Part shown: piece after piece, positions 26,350-35,794 of the stretch
Numbering within the stretch: the first letter of the stretch is position 1
Layout of the letters: each line of letters starts with the position of its first letter
Assembly: GCA_011109175.1 (NCBI GenBank)
Contig: RDEW01000021.1
Span: 982,513-1,046,512 of the forward strand
Direction: 5' to 3'
Source of the DNA: Dicyema japonicum
Lineage: Eukaryota; Animalia; Dicyemida
Length of the DNA: 64,000 nt
Program-made: the position numbers and the translations under genes
Notes under the pieces: model-generated
Seen by the model: the letters and a program-made list of their open reading frames with translations, nothing else
The model's database searches: none
What the model was told of the DNA's origin: nothing

Positions 26350-27177
26350 ATGGCGAACCTAAATTTAAAATTTAATATAAAATTTGTTTCATTAATGTAC
26401 GGCAAGTTATTTGCAATTTTAGTGATTATTATTTTTTTGAAAATATCTTTCAATAAAAGCATCAAGGAATTTAAGAATTTAAAAAAATATTGAATTCCTG
26501 GATAAAAATCCAAGATTTTTTCTTGTTCCCAACGAATTTCTATATTGTAAAATTCCCAAAGTTGGGTCTACAACAATGATGAAATTGATTTACACTAGAT
26601 ATTTGGAAAAGACTTACCCAGGAAGGAAAATAGAATTACCAGAAGATGTTCATAAAACTAGCCTTCACATTGATTTCTCACAAGTGAAATATATTAATTC
26701 CCAAAGCGAAATCCCCAAATATATTATAATCAGGCATCCAGCGGAGAGATTAGTTTCAGCATACCAAAACAAAATTCTCATGGAAATAAACATGCATCTG
26801 AATGCGCGTATGATTGTTAATGATATAACTGGGAATCCGAATGGTTATATTACATTCGAACAATTTCTCTCTTATTTAATTGACCGAAGAAGCTATTCCT
26901 CACAATTTGACGAGCATTGGAGACCAATGACGGAACTATGTCTTGTGGAGTTCATTGAATACGAGTACATTCACCTAAAGGACTTGAACGAATTTATTGA
27001 CAAGTTACAGGAGAAATACACTTTTTCGGATAGAAGACATTCTTTGATGGGAAAAGCCATAAGCAAAATTCGAATGCTGAAAAATATTTTGGAAATTTAA
27101 CCAAGAAAATGAAATTAGATTTCTACAATATTTACAAAAAAGATCATCAACTTTTTGGATTTACTCCTTACTTATGA
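26350..27177 (+). pseudogene. Carbohydrate sulfotransferase (Sulfotransfer_2/CHST family) with two homopolymer frameshifts; pseudogene or assembly error
   Basis: N-terminal signal anchor, YCKIPKVGST (5'-PSB), IIRHPAERLVSAY (3'-PB), HWRP...LC, C-terminal YKKDHQLFGF; extra A near 26485 and missing A near 27066. Confidence 0.85.
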
Positions 27178-27889
27178 AAAGTTAATCCAAACTACTTAAT
27201 GTCTTTATTTATTACTAATATAAGGGATTAATGTATATTGATTAATGTATATATGCATTTGTAAGTTGTGTTTATAATATTCCCCAATATTGATTGATAA
27301 TACATTTGGTGTACACTATCCTTGACTACCAGCAAAACGTTTACTCGGTTTCACTGCAATCATGAAGTACCTGGTTGTCCCGGTCGTTGAAGCTATGAAG
27401 GTGTTGTCAGCATAAAAAGAATATCATTTCAATTGTCGGTGACTAAAAATATTAAATTTAATAAGATTTACGTAATTTAGAGTTTTTTTAATTTCACTTT
27501 TTTATGAATTAAGTTTTAATTGTTTATCCCCAAAGAGTTGGACCCCACGTGGCTAGGTTGTTAGGATTTCAATGTTCCAGAGTTAGATTCTTCCCTAAAC
27601 TCAGGTCTTTCATACGATAAGCCTCTTACTCGGATAAGATTTGACACAATTCTATTATTAGGGCAATTTGTTGACTTATAAATCTAAAAATTTAACCTAA
27701 AATTGACTTTATTGCCTTTAAAATTCGAAATTTTGGCATTTTTTTACAAATCTTAGATAGTGGTGAATGAGATTTTAAAGAAATATGTGTTTTTCCATTT
27801 TTTAATAGAAAAAAACTTATTAACAAAAAATCTAGATTCCAAATACTTAATTCCGCATGAATCGTTGATGAAATGCAATTTTTGAATCC

Positions 27890-28135
27890 AAAATTCAGGT
27901 GATCCTAGTCTCCCTCAGCAGTCTTCGAATGCTCGGACCTGAAGGAAGTGCCGTCCATAAAAAACTCCTCTGGATGGTTGTTAACCATTGGTCCTTTTTG
28001 TATGCAATTTAGGATGTTATCTGGCGCCACCAGAGATGATGAACCACATGACGCACGTCAGCAATTGAAGCTTTCTGGAGCCAAAAGGGAAGAGGAAGAA
28101 CAGAAGAAGCAAACAAATAATCTTAAATTCATGAA
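27890..28135 (-). mobile_element. SINE subfamily D copy
   Basis: Homologous to 18000-18130; core 27990-28055 ends aaaaaggacc. Confidence 0.7.
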
Positions 28136-28455
28136 TGAAAGTCATTTGAAAGTCAAAATGATCATTTTTCTTGGTTGTTGTCAGTTATTTTTTACCTTTG
28201 GAAGAAAATCATATTCGAGTAAGCATTAGTGACCTCATTGATCATAGAGTCGGTGGATGGAATAGGAAAATTACAGTGGGACCTGTGAAATAGTAATAAA
28301 ATGATAAACCTGTAGTTTGAAATGTTTTTTAGGCGAAAGATTAATAAAAAACTGTCGTTAGAAAATTTTTGAGTTGATATAAAAATCGCAAAGATATTTT
28401 CTAATAGCAGTCTTAACCTTTTCAATGACCTTCCTGATTGAACGCAACATTATTA

Positions 28456-28752
28456 CACTCAATCCCATAAATGATGACCCAATTCCCATAAATGTTGACC
28501 CAATTCCCATAAACGTTGACCCAATTTCCATAAATGTTGACCCAATTCCCATAAATGATGTCCAATCTTATAAAAATTGATTTTGCCAAGGTCCTCGACA
28601 TCTTTAGGTAAAAAAGTCATCTTTTTTAAATTTTGAAAATTGTTCCACTTACCCATAGGACCTGTTAAAATCAATTTTTTAAGATTGGACATCATTTATG
28701 GGAATTGGGTCAACATTTATGGGAATTGGGTCATCATTTATGGGATTGAGTG
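28456..28752. mobile_element. Foldback/MITE element whose long inverted arms are built from 21-bp tandem units, TA target duplication
   Basis: Left arm cactcaatcccataaatgatgacccaatt... (5 units) is the reverse complement of the right arm (3 units); both ends flanked by TA. Confidence 0.85.
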
Positions 28753-28912
28753 TATTATTACCCCCAGGATCACTGAGTCAAAGATAAAGAAATAAAAGTT
28801 CTCAACTAACTAAGTGATCCGAGACCGACAAGGGAGAAGACAAGTCCGGCGGGGTCGAGAATCCTGAACAGCACTTCTCATCAGACATGACATCGGCTCA
28901 AAATTTATATGG
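28753..28912 (-). mobile_element. Jockey-like LINE 3' end, same family as 9300-11545
   Basis: High similarity to 9300-9470; the family resumes at 31185-31390 (similar to ~9625-9830). Confidence 0.8.
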
Positions 28913-31184
28913 GAGTGGTTCCCCACCTTTTTGAGAGCACGGAACCCTATCGACATGTTTCATTTTATACGGAACCCTTATATAGTTTTTAACAATTATC
29001 AATATTTTACTAATATAAAAAATAAAATGCTAGTTAGGCTGATGTCTCTTGCATAGCTCTGTAATATTTGGCCTTGTCCTAATCTTAGACAGGGATAAAA
29101 AAGATCTTCTTCCACATACAGTAGGTTCGCGCGTTTTTATGCTTTATATTGTTAATGCAGAAAATCCACTTTCACAGAGATAAGTCGTTGAAAACTCTTA
29201 AAGCTCTGTTTGCCAGAATAAGATATTCTTTGTTTATAATCAGCCAAAACGAATCAATATCAAGCTGTAAATATTCCATTTTTAACGTTCTGTCGAACAA
29301 ACGCCAGTTCTTATTCCTTTTTTAATGATAGCTCGTTTCCAGTCATTTCGTACTCAGCTAAAAATTTGTTAACTGATTTGGGTGGAAATAATTATTCGTA
29401 CGTGTAAATAGTGACTCCAAACGGTCTACAATGTGTGGAACAATTTCTTTAAAATTTCTTTTTTGCACATGAGGGAACATTTCCAAGTTTCCATTGGTGA
29501 TATGTCGTTTCCATATTTGTAGTTTTTTCAGAAAAGCAGCTATTTTGTCCGCGCAACTCAATAGATTTTCATTTTTTCCTTGTATGCTGCTATTGAGTAT
29601 ATTGAGTTCATGAAAAATATCGACGAGGTATGGTTATTTGCAACATCAACATTCATCATTGAGGCATCCAATAAAGTCATCCGACTGGACTTGTAAAAAG
29701 CCAACAATTCGTGTCTTGGTTCATAGAAACGAATTAACATGTTTCCCTTTGAGAGCCATCTTACTTTGATATGCAAAATCAAAACTTTCATCACTTGAAG
29801 CGCAAAAAACACAGATTTTTTATTCGCCAAACCAAAGTGGTTTCAATGTCATCAGACATATCCTTGATGCGTCTGCTAACAGATTTATTAGTAATAGGAA
29901 TTATGTCGAGCTCAGTGGCAGCAATTTCTCCGAATATTATCTTCACTACTTCTTTGCATGCAGGCAAAACAACAGTTTCGGGTAGAGTATGCGATTTCAT
30001 ATTATTAGCTGTAATCTCAGCAACAGCATAATTAGCATGCAGTGCTTTTTCGTAAAACCGGATGCTTGAACTTTATTCTGGTCCAATTTCCGCATAAAAT
30101 ATTCTTTTTTCTGAATGTCCTTGGTTGAAAACTGACGACTAAGTTGGAGTCATATAACTATTCGCAAGTTTTTCACCGCAAACAACACAAAGTGGTAGAG
30201 GGCAATCTATGTCCCCAGTCCATGTGAAACCAAAGGCAATATAACTTTCTCAATAGAATCGAATTTTAATATGCACTGTCAAAAGACTCCATTTAGACAC
30301 GCGCAATATGAATTAAATATTCAGCCCCCTAACTAAAACCAAAGAAAATTAATTGTAATTAATTAACACTATGCAAGCTGAATTTTCCTTTTTGGGCATT
30401 GGCCCTTTGTATCACCCTCACTGTTCCCCTCGTACACCACTTGAGAAAGCAAATCACTAGACAAGACAGCTGTTTCTCTTGGTTCCTCTTCGACGTCACC
30501 TCCGAGTTCAGAGCCTCTTGAGATAAGATGATTTGTCACTCTTGTAACCCCATCATAGTTATCAATTTTCAGCCCATGTCTATGCTCGATTACCATGCTC
30601 TAAAGTTTTTTTAATCGTCATTGATTGGATGTATGCCTTTTTAGAGATATCCACGTTGAGTCTTTCCATATAGGACTTGTAGTATTTTGTTACTACTCCA
30701 TCCCATGTCAAAACAATCGGAATTATTGTTACCTGAATTTGTGCTAGTTCTCCTGCCAGAAAATCGTATTTGTAGAGTTTTTCCACTTCAACATGTTTTA
30801 GCAAATCTTGGGAAGTGATCCCCACTTCTATTAGTATTATTTCGTTTTTGGATTTATCGTGTACGAAAATATCATGTTTGTTATTTTTAACTTGTATATC
30901 CGTTTGTAGTGTTGTATCGACTCGTATTTCATTTGCTTTCATCTCTTCAAAAAACAGATTCCGATCCTGTATCATGCAGTACATTGCTTCCGACCTTGGA
31001 CTATTGTTTCCCCCAGTAAGCCATTCTGTTGATCCATTGATATCGACATTCGTATTTTCAAAACACAGACACGCGCAAATTAAATTAATTCGTTTTGAAA
31101 AATTATTATTTTGAAAAGAATTAAAAATTTGAAACTTCGCGGAACTCCTAGATTATTTCGCGTAACCCAGGTTGGGAACCTCTG
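28913..31184 (-). mobile_element. hAT (Buster/Charlie, ZBED5-like) DNA transposon, decayed, with a nested retroelement
   Basis: PLCVVCGEKLAN, ETVVLPACKEVV, SRRIKDMS, KVRWLSKG, AFLKKLQIW, YLCESGFS; TIR-like ends gagtggttccccacct (28913) and aggttgggaacctctg (to 31184). Confidence 0.8.
30369..31040 (-). mobile_element. R2/NeSL-like non-LTR retrotransposon endonuclease fragment
   Basis: WLTGGNNSPRSEAMYCMIQDRNLF...HDIFVHDK...LIEVGITSQD...EKLYKYD...LTWDGVVTKY (PD..E.K-type RLE, with H in place of P). Confidence 0.8.
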
Positions 31185-31424
31185 GTGTATGGAACAGAGA
31201 ACTGCATTGCACACGAAGGACTTGAACACGTCACCGTTGGTCGGATAAATTGTTCATAAATCGTGGCAAGGCTACCAGTTTGGTCTCTAGGTGTTATTGA
31301 GAGCACTTATAAAATTTTCATTTTCTTCAGAGCAGAAGTTAGATGTCGGATAAAGGTGAGTCCCTGATCAAAGGTTATTCCCAGATAATATACTTGATTA
31401 AATCAAAAATTATCAAAATAAATA

Positions 31425-31760
31425 TTATTATTTAAAAAAGCACTTCCGAGAAAATATAAAATTAATTAAATCCCCCTTCTGCCGTATTCCAAATCATCTT
31501 CTCCGTTAGCCTCGACCATGAGCTAGTTCTCTTAGGTCGTCCGTCGAAGTTAGTCGCATACCAACCGCCGATAGGCCTTCATTTAAGATAGTCAGAAGTG
31601 TCGTTCTTGGCCTTCCACGGAATCCGGCTTCTGTGTTTGCGAAGTAGTTGTCCGTTGCGACAATTGCGACGACCTAGTCATTTAGAAGTGACGCTTGGCC
31701 AAAGAGACTCCACCTTGATTTGAAAATATCATCTGACAGCACGCCGGATTTGCATTTAGT
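31425..31760 (-). mobile_element. RTE LINE 3' fragment, family of 35795-38790
   Basis: Similar to 35820-36170; same 3' UTR. Confidence 0.75.
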
Positions 31761-32214
31761 ATAAAATGGGATCTTTGATAACTAGGACATTCCAGTTATG
31801 TTTCTTGAATGATTCCTGTGAAACGAGTCTCTCCAATTCCTCTTTTGAGGTGGCCCTGGTCCCAGAGTTGTATTGGAGGATTGGTTTGATAAAGATGTCA
31901 TACTACATTATCCTTTGTTTTATGTTATTCCCTTTAACACCTGTTTGAATTGGGAATTGATGAGTCTGCTCAAAGGTTCGAGGCAGAACATAAGGAGCAG
32001 CGGCGAAATATTATTTCAACAAACTGAATGAACCACAAAGGCACGAGATACTCGATCAGGTAGCTATGATCAACATAATCAAACACTTTTTTCAGATCCA
32101 CTACATACACATAAGTGAATGTAATGGGGTGATCTCAGGCTCCCTCAGTATCGACCTTAACTTTTCTGGTGTGTCTTCAGTTTCTATCTGAGAGGCAGCA
32201 TGCTTCAATTATCA

Positions 32215-32310
32215 TTTATTTATTAACCTCGTATACACAAGAAATAAGTTAAAGTAACCAACCAGTTAAGTGTATGCAGTTTCCACTCCCACAGAAACAG
32301 AAACTAGTAA
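32215..32310 (-). mobile_element. SINE A / LINE tail fragment
   Basis: ggaaactgcatacac...gtgtatacgaggttaataa. Confidence 0.55.
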
Positions 32311-32389
32311 GACATGTCTGAATCGCTACAATGAACTTTCAAAATACCATTTAGTAGTCAGAAAGTAAGCTGAATTTATACAATTTTTA

Positions 32390-32760
32390 AGTGTTACGCG
32401 TTGTAACCCGCGGACCCATAAAAATGTCAACACTATGATACATACAAATACTTGTTAGCCGAAGAAATCCAAGGGGTGGAGGGGATCCTTGAAATCTGAG
32501 TCTGTGACGAATTGTCAATTTGCTCAAACAGAAATTCCTTTGCAGTTCCTTGCAGAAATGTAGGAAACCCTGGCCATTTTTCAACGTTGCCTCATCAGAA
32601 ACGAGGTCGTCAATGGGGATGTCCGTGTGGTGCATAATTTTCCGCTGAGGGAGTTCAAACGGTCCACTCTCGAAGGGGAATTGCAAATCTCCAGGCGGAG
32701 CAGGCATATTCAATGGTAGGTACGATGACTTGTTGATAGACTTTGCTGACGCAAGCAGTA
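32390..32760 (-). mobile_element. I-like LINE RT C-terminal fragment; related piece at 18695-18830
   Basis: VYQQVIVPTIEYACSAWRFA resembles IVEYASAAWRFA of the 3350-4380 element. Confidence 0.6.
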
Positions 32761-33164
32761 GTTTCTAACAAAAATGTAATAAAATGGATTTTTTGAGTTA
32801 ACTGTTTATTGTGGATATTTTTATAATAAAATTTAAATAATTTATTTTATATATGTAATAAAGCACCTGATAACTCGCGGATAAATGGACGGATTTTAAT
32901 CTTAAAAAAGGTTTGAACAAATAAAACATTGCCGAAAAAGTGAGTGAACCAGATATGAAGAATTTGAGTTTCTGATAATTTAGATCAATATCCTCCTGTC
33001 AAGTGGCGTGATTTCAATGTTAATTTCAAAACGTTTTATATTAATCTTTACTTTAATCACTAATACAAGATCCCGGAGATGGGGAACAATAGGAGACAAC
33101 TCACGTGGGTAAAAAATCAAAATTTTTTTGACTCGCGACAGGCCCTCCACAGGAGCATGCCTAC

Positions 33165-33340
33165 AACTCGATGGAGTTAACGCACGGCTGAGGAGGAAAA
33201 GCTCATTCATTAAATGTCCTCTCTTTGTTATTTGCAGCTTCTGACTTTTATGACAAGCTCAGGGCCTCTATGACCTCAGAAATATTTGGTCATGAGAACA
33301 TCAAGAAGGCTCTCTTATTGTTACTCGTTTGGGTAGCTCT
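33165..33340 (+). pseudogene. MCM7: Isolated MCM7-like gene fragment with a retained 22-nt intron
   Basis: [29 protein letters not shown] matches MCM7 [29 protein letters not shown]; preceded by gtcctctctttgttatttgcag; no continuation. Confidence 0.75.
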
Positions 33341-33626
33341 ACTCGAGTAGAGTTGTACAAATTGCTGCTGTTATGAAAGATCAATTATTATTATTAACCC
33401 AGGCTTACCATTGTAAGATTAGGTTAACAGCAACGGAGATCGACTGGAATGCGAACAGATCCCCAATGTCGCGGTAATTTAAAATCTTCAGCAGTCTGCG
33501 GAACCCACGTGCATCGATACCTTGAGCAGATTCGTGTTAGGTAAAATGTCCACATAAATATTTTAAAGTTAAAATATGAAATTTATTCAGCGTAAAAAAA
33601 TCGTTTTTTGTATTCCCAAGGATTCT

Positions 33627-34698
33627 TTATGATTCTTTTATGGATTCCAAAACACCAAGAATAAATGGAATTTCGGGTCTCATAGTAAAAATAACAAAAA
33701 CCTTTCCTTGGGATCAAACTCACAGCATTTTAACGTCATGTCAAGGAATGTCTCAGGACACGTGTCTTTGAATGATTCCTTGAAGATCTCCAAGTTTACT
33801 GCAAAATTGTCATATCGAATGAGAATATCTGGGTCACTTCCAGTTCTGTTAATGGACTAAAATAACCGAGGTCCCCAACCTCACACAGAATGATCCCAAA
33901 TGAATAAATATCCGCCTTATAGTTATATTTATCTGCCTTTATGACCTCCGGGGCCATGGAGAAGATGCTGCCCACGACGGTGTGTCTCCGTTTGTGGTAG
34001 ATGGTCTTTTTGGTAGAAACAATCAGCTTTGAGAGTCCAAAGTCGGCCACCATCACATCTCCGTTCTATAAATCAAATTGGCCCCCCACTTGTTTGATGA
34101 GACAATTTTCACATTTTAAATCTCTGTGTAGGATTCCCTGCTCGAATAAGTATTTCTAGGATATGAGCTATTCCAAACCATTCCACGTGCTATATCGATC
34201 CCAAATTTGGCTCGACGTTCCCAGGAGAGTTCAATGTCTTGATTTAGGATAATTTTATCCAAGGAACCCCCATGTGCGAACTCTGTGGTAAGAAAGAGGC
34301 CAGACCAGTAACAATCAAGGCTCTTCCGGGACTTTGAATTACTCCCAGAAAAAGGAGAATATTGGGATGTCTCAATCTGCTTAGAATAGCAATCTACAGA
34401 TATCAGAATAGACTACTTCGTCAATGGAAGAGGAAACGAACTTATACATGGACAGGTCTACTTCCTTGATGGCCACGTGCTCGCCAGATTCAACTAATTT
34501 ACCCTGAAATTAGTAAATCCCCCACCATGTAGACCTTTCCGTATTTTCCTTCACTAATGAATCGGTCGTAGACGATTTCGTCGCTTCCAAAGCTGCGGAT
34601 ATTCTTTTTGAAGGAATTATTAAACCTCCGCTGGTTTGGTTCTTTACGGGGATTATTCCTACCAAGTTATCGGTCAATCCTAACCTTTGCTGCCACAT
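33627..34698 (-). CDS. LIMK/TESK-like (TKL group) protein kinase, 294 aa from this ATG, 8 introns of 22-26 nt; true start may lie upstream
   Basis: Introns 34659-84, 34504-25, 34394-416, 34283-305, 34156-78, 34066-89, 33857-79, 33679-701 give an open 885-nt frame: GKYGKVY, VAIKE, LRHPNIL, HRDLKCEN, VADFGLSK, KRRHTVVGS..MAPE, DIYSFGIILCE, SDPD. Confidence 0.9.
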
Positions 34699-35299
34699 TT
34701 CTACGTCAGCGTCGAAAATATTAAGATAATCATCCTGAAATCGATATTAATAGTGCGAATATTAAAACTGAAATCAAATCAACCACAATACATTGAGTAA
34801 CCTCTTTAATAATATTCAATCGATAATTACTTAAGTAGGAATCCTAGGGAACATCAATAAACTGTCCTTCATTTCTAAGGGGTGTTTGTAGTAGTAGCAC
34901 TCAATATTTTCATGGTAAACTGAAAATAGATGTAAAACTAGTCTGGTCACCACATAGTCGATGAAACTGGTTTCATTCGTAATGACGATGCTCTGCGGTT
35001 TATACCACTGACTGATGGAATATATCAATTTGGTCACACAGTGACAAAACTGACTCCATCTGTAGGATATAATTATCTTCATTTTCACGGTAAACAAAAA
35101 TAGATAACCTGCACTTTACGGATTCCCACGGTTATTGATTACAGACAAAACTACAAGCTTTTTCTTAAATACACTGAAAATGAACAATTTTCAAGGAGAC
35201 TAATGGATGAATTATTTGAGGAGGAAGATAAACTCCTAACACCAACTAAGTGCGTGATCGAGGAGAGGATAGACTACTTTCTTTTCACATCTTGAAAAA

Positions 35300-35660
35300 T
35301 TTAAAAAACTTTAAAAATTTTGCTACGAAAATAATTGCTATGTTTGGTTCGACATTTGTGTGAACAACTTTTTTCATTAATGAAATTAACAAAAACTGTT
35401 CATAGAACAAGACTCACTGATGAAAATTTATCGGCTTTAATAAAAGTCGGGACTACACGAATAGTTGAGCCCGACATATCAAAAATTGAATCCGAAAAAA
35501 GATGTCAATCCTCTGGAAGTTGCTCTAAGCACGATTAGAAGATGGCGGTTTTCATTAAAATGAATAATCTTCCTTGATTAAAAAATTATTATAAATGCGG
35601 CCCTCAAAAGAAATTATTATAAAATGCGGCCCTCGAAACTAAATGAGTTTGACACCCCTG
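35300..35660 (+). mobile_element. hAT (SPIN/GTF2IRD2-like) 3' end with TIR
   Basis: AMFGST.CEQLFSLMK...RTRLTDENL dimerisation motif; TIR gagtttgacacccctg at 35645-35660; duplicated aaatgcggccctc. Confidence 0.8.
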
Positions 35661-35794
35661 GGATAGAGGTTTTCATGATGAGAACCAAAGTTCGAAACAT
35701 TCAGATAATACTCAACTAGGAGGTAGGGGAAACAGGCGAAATTAAGCCTAGTGGCAGGACTAAAAATACAGCACCCTCCATCTAACTTTATTTT

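Noticed and set aside
28456-28752. 21-bp repeats as a CRISPR array, and the MGIGSTF ORFs as repeat proteins
   Set aside because: The repeats are contiguous with no spacers, inverted at the two ends, and in a eukaryotic context. The ORFs are by-products of the repeat.
32575-32605. Hammerhead-like ctgatgaggcaacgttgaaa on the minus strand
   Set aside because: Stem II does not pair, the related copy at ~18745-18770 does not keep the motif, and it lies in LINE coding sequence.
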